Below are positions 40,161 through 52,802 of a DNA stretch of 64,000 nt, piece after piece. The position numbers and the translations under genes were made by a program. Location of the stretch: positions 227,726,001-227,790,000 of the forward strand of contig OZ024743.1 in NCBI GenBank assembly GCA_964016885.1, given 5' to 3'. The notes under the pieces are model-generated. The model was given only the letters and a program-made list of their open reading frames with translations. It did not search any database and was not told the DNA's origin. The stretch's first letter is position 1. Each line of letters opens with the position of its first letter. The DNA comes from Eledone cirrhosa (lineage: Eukaryota).

Positions 40161-41769
40161 GGTTGTTGCTAGCGTAATGCACCGATTTCTCTGTATAAAC
40201 GTGGGATGATAGATGCTTTATATTCCTGTTGCTTTCTGTCTCCCACCTTGAGGGGATAGCCCACGCATGAACCTGTTCACACCAAAAGGGTGGTGACCTA
40301 GAGTTTGACCTTTAGGTGTCATCCAAGGTTCAAGGCGTGGACAGATTTCGCTACATAAGGCAGTCGATTTGGCAGAGACGTTCTTTTGGAGTCGAGAAAG
40401 AAACTATGAGTCGAGTGCTGGAGCAACCCTCTCTACTTCCAGCTATCACAGCTTGAATGTTCCACTAGATCAATGGAGTGAGGAACAAGAGAGTGTCTGT
40501 ATCTGCTCACGACTACATGGGCACATAAATTTCATAGCGAAAGCAACCAAATCATACATGATTGCGAGTGACGGCCATTCCAATGTGGGCCTGTACAGGC
40601 CACAGAAGATGCTACATCGCTATCAGCAGCTGACACAAAATTCTTCAGGAACAGATCCATGGTCTTTCGAGACTGATAATAAGAGTGTAATTAGATTTGG
40701 CTGTTATTTCTAGAAGTGTGACAGCCTCGTAGCTGTTATATGATTGGGCCATGCTGCTTTTTTTTTGTTGAAAGGAAACCAGAATCACATAGCCAACGAG
40801 GTGTTTTTCTAAGATGAGAGGGTATGATGCGTTGGCGATTTAGTTGTTATTTCTAACAGATCGAACAATCACATAGTGGTGAGTATGAAAGCTCATACGT
40901 TCATATGAGACATAGATTATGTGGCAATCCAAGTCTTCAACCTTTATTTTCTTCAGCTAATTATTCGTTTCTTCACCATTTGTTCTTACACACACAGGTC
41001 ACACGGGACTGGTGCTACCATTATGGCCAACTAGGTAGTCACCTAGGGCGCAGATTTCAGAGAGATACGTTACCGAAACTTAAAGTATCACAGTTTTATA
41101 AAAATTTCTATAATTAAATTAAACATATAGCAATTTCCTGCAATCAATAAATATCTACTTTATCACCTTTGCCACTAACAGCGTTGTTGAGATATCCGCA
41201 GAAGTGGAGAGTGTCCTATAGGTATACAAAACCTGCTATGTTTTAAATTTGGTGGGAGTGGACAGTGTAGTGGAAAATGCAGGCTCACAAATTTTCTTGT
41301 GTGGTCAGAACAAGAAATATCTAAGATTAATTTTGTCAGTTTACCAAACTATAAGTTGAAAATAGTTTATTTGGATGAAGGAGACGAACAACTGGAAGAA
41401 GATTGTGCATATTGCAAATCTAGTTAAGGACGCTAAATACCCAGATGCTGGCTCTACTCCCATCACTAACATCCAAAATGTTTCTTTGACGAGCGCTCAA
41501 CCAACATCAGAAATATCATATAGCCATTAAGACAATAATTGGTAAATTCTTTCACAACAGTCACTCAGCTATTTTCATTTTTTTCTATTAGATTTTGAGA
41601 TAATTGGTGTCTTTTACAACTTGAAAGCTATATATGTGTATGTATACGTGTGTGAGAGAATGTTCGTGCGTGTGCTTGTGTACGTATAGGTGTGTGGGTT
41701 TATGTATCGATATGTATGTATCTATCTATATATGTATATATATATATGTGGATGTATATAATGTATATA

Positions 41770-42058
41770 AGGCGGTGAATTGGCAGAGTTGTTAGAACGT
41801 GCAATGTCTTCATTCAGGGTCTCTGCTCACTAAGTTCAAATCCTGTCGAGGTCGAATAAAAAAAAATAGCAATCTAGTACTGGGGTCATTTCTCCCTCTA
41901 TATCACTTTCCCACTTTCCTTCTCTCACTATCTATCCGTCTCTGAAAGAAATCTATTGTACTTATGCGTTGAGAGGGATCGGCTCCGCCAGGCTTACAGT
42001 GCCCCGCAAACGACGTATATCAATAGGACGCCCCTGCTATCCCATCAGGAGTTACGGG
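41770..42058 (+). mobile_element. SINE with related head but different 3' tail (also about 54603-54918 + and about 55915-56190 -)
   Basis: Head GGCG(G)TGAATTGGCAGAGT, B-box, then GGCTCCGCCA.GCTTA..TCAGGAGTTA tail shared between copies. Confidence 0.6.
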
Positions 42059-42153
42059 GGGGGGGGGGTAATATATATGTATATGTATCTATACGTATTT
42101 GAATGTATATATGTGTATAAGTATGTGTATATGTGGGTATATAAAAGTATATA

Positions 42154-42213
<60 letters not shown>

Positions 42214-42328
42214 TAACAGATTAATGTTTAAGCAAAGAATCGCTGCTTTCACCCTTAATGGGATCTTCTGATATATATTTATCCTTATCGAGCTCTCTTT
42301 GGATTTTAGTCTTCAAATTTATTATTAT

Positions 42329-42365
<37 letters not shown>

Positions 42366-42586
42366 TATATATACATATATATATATACGAGAGGGTGTGT
42401 GAAAAGTTCTTGGCTTTTGATAAAAAGAAAACACAGGAGGATCAGTTAATTATGATTCATTCAACATATTCCCTTCTCAGATTCACACAATTATATTTCT
42501 CAATTCTGTAAAAAAAATCTCAGAATGTTGGGCCCCCAGCCAGGCCTCTTAAATACCCTTAAAACGAGGAACTTTTCAGCTTCAGG

Positions 42587-42651
<65 letters not shown>

Positions 42652-42884
42652 TATATAGAATAAGGTTAATATATATCTGAGGGTACAATTTACCCCCGGA
42701 AATATATAGTGTGTCTATGATTTAAGGTGGTTCTATGGTAATAATTTGATATACCAGAACTTAATATCAAGATAAGCAGAACAAGTAAAATTCAACCAAT
42801 TTTTCAAAATAAATCAAAATTAATATACAATTAAAATTAATCAAAATTAAAAAATATAATATAAATATTTACCTATTCAAATGG

Positions 42885-42962
42885 CCCTAACTGTACAGTT
42901 TCACTTTGCAAAACATTAGATATCACGTAGATATTAATGGAAAAGCAAAGATAATCAGAGAA
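42885..42962 (-). ncRNA. Hammerhead motif, family F (core CTGATTA)
   Basis: TTCT-CTGATTA-T-CTTTGC..GCAAAG-T-GAAAC-TGTACA-GTT-AGGG. Confidence 0.6.
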
Positions 42963-43413
42963 GCATTTTCCTATCCTAGGGTTAAAAACCCCAGGAACAA
43001 CAAAATATATGACCTCACTCCAACTAATACAGGTCTGAAAGGTCGTGAAAGTGACCCATAAATACGTTGGTGTATAGTGAAGGCGGGAAATCATAGACTA
43101 GCCGTCTATGATCGCTACCAAAAAAGATTTTTAGTAACTAAATAGAACGACAAGATTTTTCTCTACTTACTGGAGAATATTGAATAAGGTTAATATATAT
43201 CTGAGGGTACAATGTACCCCCGGAAATATATAGTGTGTCTATGATTTAAGGTGGTTCTATGGTAATAATTTGATATACCAGAACTTAATATCAAGATAAG
43301 CAGAACAAGTAAAATTCAACCAATTTTTCAAAATAAATCAAAATTAATATACAATTAAAATTAATCAAAATTAAAAAATATAATATAAATATAACCCTAG
43401 GATAGGAAAATGC

Positions 43414-43491
43414 TTCTCTGGTGATCTTTGCTTTTCCATTAATATCTACGTGATATCTAATGTTTTGCAAAGTGAAACTGTACAGTTAGGG
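43414..43491 (+). ncRNA. Hammerhead motif, family F (core CTGGTGA)
   Basis: Inverse copy of 42885-42962 with a different single core substitution. Confidence 0.6.
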
Positions 43492-43608
43492 CCATTTGAA
43501 TAGGTAAATATTTATATTATATTTTTTAATTTTGATTAATTTTAATTGTATATTAATTTTGATTTATTTTGAAAAATTGGTTGAATTTTACTTGTTCTGC
43601 TTATCTTG

Positions 43609-43664
<56 letters not shown>

Positions 43665-43665
<1 letters not shown>

Positions 43666-44122
43666 AAAAGTGAAGAATAACATGGTCGGCTGTACAATAA
43701 GGTTTTATTTACAGTATTAACAATTGTTTCATTGATCAGGTGAGTGTAAAGGCCGCTGATCACTCGAAATTGTGTCACTTGACCTTAAATACAGTGTGCG
43801 TCTCTGATCAAATCATCGGAATTCCGAAGATTTGATCAGAGACGAACAATTTCGAGTGATCAGCGGCCTTTAGACTCACCTGATCAATGAAACAATTGTT
43901 AATACTGTAAATAAAACCCTTTTTGTACAGCCGACCATATTATTCTTCACTCTTTCACTACTATTACTCCAAGAATAACCTGCATGGGAATTCTCGCAAA
44001 CTCGCCACCTAACTAAGGAAACCTCTTGTTGAGTCAAACAATGCCGTACGTTAAAACTATCCATAGCACAGAGTACTCACAACCTCTAACTGTATTACCT
44101 AAAACGATAACTTGTTATCCCA
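43665..44122 (+). mobile_element. Family G fold-back element (palindrome about 43665-43956 centred on GGAATTCC at 43818-43825)
   Basis: Arms inverse-complementary with one indel; 3' tail ends in (TA)n. Confidence 0.8.
43821..43903 (+). ncRNA. Hammerhead-like motif with CCGAAGA core (family G)
   Basis: ATT-CCGAAGA-T-TTGATCAG..CTGATCAA-T-GAAAC-AATT-GTT-AAT; the minus arm has CCGATGA. Confidence 0.55.
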
Positions 44123-44489
44123 TATATATATATATATTTGTGTAAGTGCGCGAGTGCCTGTGTGTGTGTATAAGTAGAGAGCACTTATTCTTTCAAACGT
44201 TGTATTGAACACCCGATGCTCTTCCGATTGATCATGTTAATTCAAGGCTTTTCGTATTTCCTTATTAGATCTTTATGCTCAGTTTGGAACCTTTACTGTC
44301 CTACATCCTTGTGGCTATTAAAGTTTCCATCTTCTGTATTAGAATCTTCATATTAGTGGCATATTTATTGGTCACATGCTTAACAGTTGTCGTAATGAGT
44401 CGTAGGTGTTATGAAATAATGGACGCCTGATCTACAATTTTTCAACAGGTTGAAGCATGGCACTTACTATAATTTGTTTCACGTATGCT

Positions 44490-44620
44490 GTATTTGTGTG
44501 TTAATATTTGGTTTATAATCTTATATTAGTAGAGCCTCTATAACTGTTCGCCTTGTTTTGATTTGCATATTATCTTTATAGAATGGTAGTTTTATTGACC
44601 AATGTAGCTTTATCTAATTT
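44490..44620 (-). pseudogene. PLE endonuclease C-terminal remnant
   Basis: Minus strand QIKTRRTVIEALLI*DYKPNINTQ fits the R...EA..I....P.(L/I)N.Q motif. Confidence 0.45.
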
Positions 44621-45198
44621 TTTGGCATGAACTGTAATGGACGTGTGTTACGATGGCCCATCTGCATGATCATCAGACGGGAAAATGATGTAACAATTTT
44701 GGAGACGATGCTGGTTTTTCCGACTGAGGTTGGCTAGGTTGACTGAAGCTTACTGGACTGGTTGGCCTGTCTGGGTTGGTTGAGAAAGACTGGTATGGAT
44801 GATCTCGTTGTGACTTGCTGAACTGCCTGAGAGGGCTATCCCTGTTGAAATGGCTGAGCAGGCTGGCATAGTTTGGCTTGCTGGCTTGATTGGCCTGGCA
44901 TTCGTGTCAGAGCTGATTGTTGCTGATATGCCTGGCTGGGCATCTTAATGAGCTGGGTGATGCTCGATAGGAGCGCTAGCTGGGTTGGCTAGTTTGGCTG
45001 GCTTGGTTGGAAGGATATGAAACTGGCTGGGCTGATCCATCTGGCTCGGCTGGCTGAACTGGCTGGTCATACTGTACAGGCTGAATGTATGAGCCTGACT
45101 TGCTTGGCTGGACAGGCTTCGTTAGCTAAGGTTAGCTGGATCGAGATTCTGGCTGTGCCTTGCTGGCCTACTTGGTTTGGCTGACCTGGATAGCTTGC

Positions 45199-45335
<137 letters not shown>

Positions 45336-45353
45336 GATATAAATATTTAGATT

Positions 45354-45420
<67 letters not shown>

Positions 45421-45424
<4 letters not shown>

Positions 45425-45931
45425 TATATTATATTATATTTAAGTAACTTCCGTACTAAGAGTGAGAAATGAAATTTCGTTTCATTTTTTCCGTTTATCG
45501 TTTTCGGTGCGCTCGGCCGACTAACTCACTCGATATGCAAATTAGGCTGCTCAGCCGTTAATATGCATAAGAAAAGTATATACTTTCAGACGTTCAATCA
45601 TCTGGCAGGAAGGTATACGATGCTGACGATAGCTAATAAGCTTGAAACTAGTACATCGTTCCTTTGTCAGTGTTGAAATAAAGGGCAACGATCGTTGCTA
45701 AACACTGTACGGCTTAATTCGGGATGTTTGTTTACAAACAAACCGAGCATTATAATAAATGTTCGGTAAACCCATACGTACATATATATATATATATATG
45801 TGTGTGTGCATGTATGTATATATATACATACTACTGTACGTCTGTATACATATATGTATGTACGTATACATACTTATATTTAAGTAACAGCCGTACTAAG
45901 AGTGAGAAATGAAATTGTGCTTCATTTTTCC
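45421..45931 (+). mobile_element. Family E element, 440-bp unit with terminal direct repeat
   Basis: TAAGTAAC..CGTACTAAGAGTGAGAAATGAAATT at 45441 and 45881; hammerhead inside; (TA)n flanks. Confidence 0.8.
45617..45659 (+). ncRNA. Minimal type I hammerhead ribozyme motif (family E)
   Basis: ACGATG-CTGACGA-T-AGC-TAATAA-GCT-T-GAAAC-TA-GTA-CATCGT: 6-bp stem I, palindromic ACTAGT stem III, GUA site (cut after 45653). Confidence 0.82.
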
Positions 45932-46746
45932 CATATATATATATATATATATATATATAAAGACAATCTAAATCTTTCCGACACAAAAATCAGACCCACC
46001 AAAATGACACCGACACAAACATCAAATATATAGACCAAAATACAATGACACCAGACACAAACTAATTATTGATGACGTTGAAGAATCCTTCAGAAATAAC
46101 GGCATCATCAGAGTTTCAATTATTGAAATATATATAACAAACTAAACAACCCACGAATACGTCATCATATAACTTTGTTTCATCACTTCGTTTCACACAC
46201 TTTTATTTTCACTTTCCATTGGAACTGGAATGTAAAATCATTTATTTATTGATTATTATTGATCGTATATTTCTATCGTATTTTTCTTTAATTTTTTTTT
46301 TTTTTTCCATTATTTTTTTAAAGCAATTTTGGAAAATTATGAATAGCTTCAAGAACAAATTTGATAGTCTGAAAAAGAAACATACATAAAAAAATAAATG
46401 AATGGTAATACACACATCCACAGACACAGGCGCACACATACACATAAAAACAATCACGCACGCTCACACACACATATACATGATACACACACATATAAAC
46501 GATAAATATGTAAATAAACAATAAAATCATGCACCATTCAATCGCAATATTCTTTGTGTTGCTATGTCAAATGTGAAATCACAGTCTGGCATGACTCTAA
46601 CATGGCTATAATATTCACCGTCGACTGATATATAGTTTTTTCTGTAATAAATTACATTTCAATTTCTGTGTGTCTTTTAACATATGTTCATATATATATA
46701 TATATATACATATGTATGTATGTGTATGTCTATATGTCTGTATATA

Positions 46747-46782
<36 letters not shown>

Positions 46783-47526
46783 ATACATATATACATATAT
46801 ATGGTATGTATGTATATATGTATGTGTGCGTGTGCACATGATGTTTTCTTCCCTACATCGTTGCAAACACTGACCACCACCACCACCACCACCACCACTA
46901 ACAAGAATACCACCACCACTAACAACACCACCACCGCCAACAACAACAACACAACCGCTATCAGACTTGTCTGTCTGTTCTTCCATGTTTGGCCATAAAA
47001 CTATTCATTAAGGTGGATTATAGTGTAGATTAATTACTTAATGAGTGTCCATCATGATATCACAGCACTGTCTGTAACCTTATCTCTCAACAGTTAGCAT
47101 ATAAAATACTAAATTACCACATTATTCATGTTGTTATTGTTGTTGTCCTTCTGTTCTTTGTTGTTGTTTTATGTTTTATTTTTTTTGTTTGTTTGTTTTT
47201 TTGCTGTTGTTGCATTTTGGCTTATTTTTGCTTATTATTTTTTCTTGTTATTTTTTGGTCAAACGGAATTCTTTATTTTCCCAATTCTTTTTATATAATG
47301 TATTTTTTATATTTGTTTCTATATCTGTGGTATTGCATGAGTATATGTGTCTATATATGTATGTGTGTATATATATGTGCGTACATATGAATTGTGTGTA
47401 CGCATGTGTGTGTGTATATATATGTATTCCTGTAGATATGAATTTATGTATGTACGTACGTATGTGTATGTGTATATGATGTTTTTTTAATATATAAATC
47501 TCTCTGTACCTGTAAGTGCATGTGAA

Positions 47527-47608
<82 letters not shown>

Positions 47609-47624
47609 TGTGAAAATTAAAATA

Positions 47625-48830
47625 TGTGTGTAGGTGTATGTGTTTAGGTGAATGTGTGTAGGTGTATGTGTGTAGGTATATGTGTGTAGGTGTGTGTGTA
47701 AGTGTATGTGTGTAGGTATGTGTGTAAGTGTATGTGTGTAAGTGTATGTGTGTAGGTCTAGGTGTGTAAGTGTATGTGTGTAGGTGTAGGTGTGTAGGTG
47801 TATGTGTGTAAGTTTATTTGTGTAAGTATATGTGTGAGTGTGTGCCATTGTATGTGTGTGTAAGTGTATGTAGGTATATGTGTGTAGGTATATATGTGTA
47901 GGTGTATGTATGTAGGTGTATGTGTGTAGGTGTATGTGTGTAGGTATATGTGTGTAGGTATATATGTGTAGGTATATGTATGTAGGTATATGTATATAGG
48001 TGTATGTGTGTAGATATATGTGTGTAGGTATACGTATGTAGGTATATGTGTGTAGGTATATGTGTGTAGGTATATATGTGTAGGTGTATGTGTGTAGGTG
48101 TATGTCTGTAGGTATATGTGTGTAGGTATATGTATATAGGTGTATGTGTGTAGATATATGTGTGTAGGTATATGTGTGTAGGTATATGTGTGTAGGTATA
48201 TATGTGTAGGTGTATGTGTGTAGGTGTATGTCTGTAGGTATATGTGTGTAGGTATATGTATATAGGTGTATGTGTGTAGATATATGTGTGTAGGTATATG
48301 TGTGTAGGTATATGTGTGTAGGTATATATGTGTAGGTGTATGTGTGCAAGTATATATGTGTAGGTATATATATGTAGGTATGTGTGTAGGTATATGTGTG
48401 CAGGTATATATGTGTAGGTATATGTGTGTAGGTATATATGTGTAGGTATATGTGTGTAGGTATATATATGTAGGTATGTGTGTAGGTATATGTGTGTAGG
48501 TATATATGTGCAGGTATATATGTGTGTAGGTATATGTGTGTAGGTATATATGTGTAGGTGTATGTGTGTAGGTGTATGTCTGTAGGTATATGTGTGTAGG
48601 TATATGTATATAGGTGTATGTGTGTAGATATATGTGTGTAGGTATATGTGTGTAAGTATATGTGTGTAGGTATATGTGTGTAGGTTTATATGTGTAGGTG
48701 TATGTGTGTAGGTGTATGTCTGTAGGTATATGTGTGCAGGTATATATGTGTAGGTATATGTGTGTAGGTATATATTTGTAGGTGTATGTGTGTAGGTGTA
48801 TGTCTGTAGGTATATGTGTGTAGGTGTACG
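47625..48830. repeat. Minisatellite of about 1.2 kb built from 12-14 bp TGTGTGTAGGTATA-type units
   Basis: Visible directly; explains the HTYTY ORFs. Confidence 0.92.
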
Positions 48831-49108
48831 TTCATGAGTGTATTTCATTATTGTTTTCTTTTTCTATTTGTGCTTTCTGTGGAATATGAGATATAATGTC
48901 AGGCTACTGTGCTGGGAATATTGTTATTGTTGTTAGAAGACAGTGTCATAATGAATGCTGTAACAATACAGTTAGAACATTAAACACTAATAATAACAAG
49001 AACAAAGAAATAGAAATATTCAATTGATCTCGATATTTTGGATATAATACCCCTTTACGACGTATTAAAGAACAAGATAAATATAAATATTACATATATA
49101 TATACATA

Positions 49109-49169
<61 letters not shown>

Positions 49170-49963
49170 TTAATTCAAATTATTAATAAATATAGACATT
49201 CACGTAATCAAAATATATTTTATTATATATATTTCGGAGGTACTGTGCTGTTTATATATATATATATATATATATATAGATAGATACATAAGATATATAT
49301 ATAATATAAATATTACATATATATGTGTGTGTATGTAAAAAGTAAACAGAAATAAAAACACAATCGGTACAGTATATGGAAGGAATATATTTATATAATA
49401 TATATATATTATTTATATATATAAGAGATAGAGATAGAGAGAGAGAGAGAGAGAGAGAGTATCAATCTATGTTAGCATATGACGATTCTGTGTGAATACT
49501 ATTCAAAAGGTCATATATATAGCGATATGAAATGTGAGGTGAATTTTTTCTGTCCGTATGTTATCCATGTCGGAGACGAGGCTTATCCTATGTGTGAGGA
49601 AGAATTGGACCAAATATTGTGAAGCACATTGGCTGTAAAGAGTAGCTATACTAATCACTAGATCTTAATCAATTATTAGACGATTGTTGATAGCTGCTGC
49701 ATTCCCCAGGTCCCCATAATGCGATCAATAGCTTTATTAATAATTGTGATGTCCATGTTTGTGTTCCTGCATTTGTCATAGAGCTTTTTGAAAAGCATAT
49801 TGATGCGAAAGCCAATACGAGGCATACCCTTATCCAGAATTTAATGTATCGTTATTTCAAAACCAGGCAAACCGTTACTTTGAAAGTAGTGTGAAAAGAT
49901 TTTTTTAAATGTTATCTCAATAATGGATATAACGTTATATGAAGTGATAAAGAAACATTATTA

Positions 49964-50153
49964 GATTGGCAGTATCGGTAGAGCGTCGGACGCCATTCTT
50001 TGCAGCATAGAGTTACGCCCCTTTACGGTCTGAGTCCAAATCCCGCCGAGGTTAGCTTTGCCTTTCATCCTTACGGGGTTGATAAAATAAAGTACCAGTA
50101 ATGCACTGGGGTCGATTTATTCGACTTACCCCCTCCTTCAATGTGCCTAAAGT
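49964..50153 (+). mobile_element. Main SINE, long variant
   Basis: A/B boxes and core. Confidence 0.85.
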
Positions 50154-50159
50154 ATGACC

Positions 50160-52477
50160 TCCGCCACCACAACAACTTTCATCACCACCAGCACCACCAT
50201 GACCACAACTACCACCATCACCACCACCATCACCACCACAACCACCACAACTACCACCATCATCACCACCATGGCCACAGCTACCACAACTACCTCCATC
50301 ACCATTACCACCACCATCACCACCACTACCTCCATCACGACCACCACCTCCATCACCACCACCACTACCACCATCACCACCACCACCACCACCACCACCA
50401 CCACCACCACCACCACCATGACCAGCCCCACCACAACTACCACCATCACCACCACAACCACTACCCCCATCACCACCGCTACCACAACTACCTCCATCAC
50501 CATCACCACCACCATCGCCGCCACCACCACCACCACCACAACCACCACCACCACCATCACCATATGGTGGATTGGCAGTATCGGTAGAGAGTCAGATGCC
50601 ATGCTTTGATGCTTTGACGCATAGCGTTACGACCCTTTCCATTCTGAGTTCAAATCCCGCCGAGGTCAACTTTGCTTTTCATCCTTACGGGGTCGATAAA
50701 ATAAAGTACCAGTAATGTACTGGTAATTGTTGGCCTTGTGCCAAAATTAGAAACAATTATTATAAAACTGGGGTGTTTGGGTAGAAAGAATACCTTGATG
50801 CTCGGGAGTGGCACCTTTAATGACGGACGTGGTCACTGGTTATCAAACTGTAACTTCTGGCTACCGCATATTTGGAGTAAGATAAGACTAGCTACACAAG
50901 TTACAGGATATTCATTGGTAGATTGATATGTGTGTAGTGTGTTGTTGTTTATTTTGGTGTAATGACATGGTGGTGGTGGTGGTGGTGGTAGTGGTGGTGA
51001 TGGTGGTAGTGGTGGTGGTGGTGGTGGTGGTGGTCATGGCGGTAGTACTGGTGGTGGTGGTGGTGGTGGTCATGGCGGTAGTACTGGTGGTGGTGGTGGT
51101 GGTGGTGATGGAGGTAGTGGTGGTGGTGGTGGTGGTGGTCATAGCGGTGGTGGTGGTGGTGGTCATGGCGGTGGTGGTGGTGGTGGTCATGGCGGTGGTG
51201 GTGGTGGTAGTGATGGAGGTAGAGGTAGCGGTGGCGGTGGTGGTCATGGCGGTGGTGGTGGTGGTAGTGATGGAGGTAGTGGTAGTGGTGGTGGTGGTCA
51301 TAGTGGTGGTGGTGGTGGTGGTGGTGGTGGTGGTCATGGCGGTGGTGGTGGTGGTAGTGATGGAGGTAGTGTTAGTGTGGTGGTGGTGGTGGTGGTGGTG
51401 GTGGTGGTGGTGGTGGTGGTCATGGCGGTGGTGGTGGTGGTAGTGATGGAGGTAGAGGTAGCGGTGGTGGTGGTGGTCATGGCGGTGGTGGTGGTGGTAG
51501 TGATGGAGGTAGTGTTAGGGTGGTGGTGGTGGTGGTGGTGGTGGTGGTAGTGATGGAGGTAGTGGTGGTGGTGGTGGTGGTGGTGGTGGTGGTGGTGGTG
51601 GTAGTTGTGGTGGTGGTGGTCATGGCGGTGGTGGTGGTGGTAGTGATGGAGGTAGAGGTAGCGGTGGTGGTGGTCATGGCGGTGGTGGTGGTGGTAGTGA
51701 TGGAGGTAGTGGTGGTGGTGGTGGTGGTGGTGGAGGTAGTTGTGGTGGCGGTGGTCATGTTGTTGGTGTTGGTGGTGCTGGTGGAGGAGGCAGCGGCGGT
51801 GAGTTTGATGATGTATGTTGATGTTGTTGATGTTGCTAAATCACTTCAATGTAATTCTTTATAGTGTTCTTTAGTGAACGTCATCGTCATCATTGTCGTA
51901 GTGGTTGTTGTTGTTGTTGTTGTTTCAGAGGTGGTGGTGGTGGTGGTGGCGTTATTGTTGTTGTTGTCGTTCTTCTTCTTCTTCTTCTTCTTCTTCTTCT
52001 TCTTCTTCTTCTTCTTCTTCTTCTTTCAAAGGTTGTTGTTGTTCTTTCAGAGGTGCTGTTGTTTTTGTTGTTGTTGTTGGTGTTGTTGTTGGTGTTGGTG
52101 TTGTTGCTGTTGTTGTTGTTGTTGTTTTTGTTGTTGTTGTTGTTGTTGTTGTTTCAGTGGTGTTGTTGCCATGGTTGTTGTTTTCATATTTGTCTCAATG
52201 TGGACGTTAATGTTTAGATGTGCTTTTGTTGTTAATACTGTTGTTGTATATTTATAATTTGTTTCTATCGATTTATATTTACAGTTGTTGTCGGAGGTGT
52301 TGTTAATGATGGTGTTGCTGCTGCTGCTGCTGCTGCTGCTGACGATGATGATGATGATGATGGTGATGATGATGGTGATGGTGATGATGATGATGATGAT
52401 GATGATGGTGATGATGGTGATGATGATGATGGTGGTGATGATGATGATGATGATGATGATGGTGATGTTAATGATGG

Positions 52478-52547
<70 letters not shown>

Positions 52548-52561
52548 GTTAATGATGGTGC

Positions 52562-52617
<56 letters not shown>

Positions 52618-52629
52618 GTGGTGATGATG

Positions 52630-52661
<32 letters not shown>

Positions 52662-52750
52662 GATGATGATGATGGTGCTGTTGCTGCTGCTGCTGATGAT
52701 GATGATGGTGCTGTTAATGATGATGATGATGATGATGTTAATGATGGTGC

Positions 52751-52802
<52 letters not shown>

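Larger units (their letters stand above)
42657..43610 (-). mobile_element. Family F element: 524-bp unit, tandem repeat of about 210 bp and an inverted segment of about 215 bp
   Basis: 42657-42868 recurs at 43181-43392; 43393-43610 is the inverse of about 42768-42984; (TA)n flanks. Confidence 0.85.

Noticed and set aside
47444-48848. 301-aa and 344-aa HTYTY-repeat ORFs
   Set aside because: Translation of a minisatellite
50141-50609. His-rich or Thr-rich ORFs
   Set aside because: (ACC)n microsatellite between two SINEs; the ORF ends run into SINE sequence
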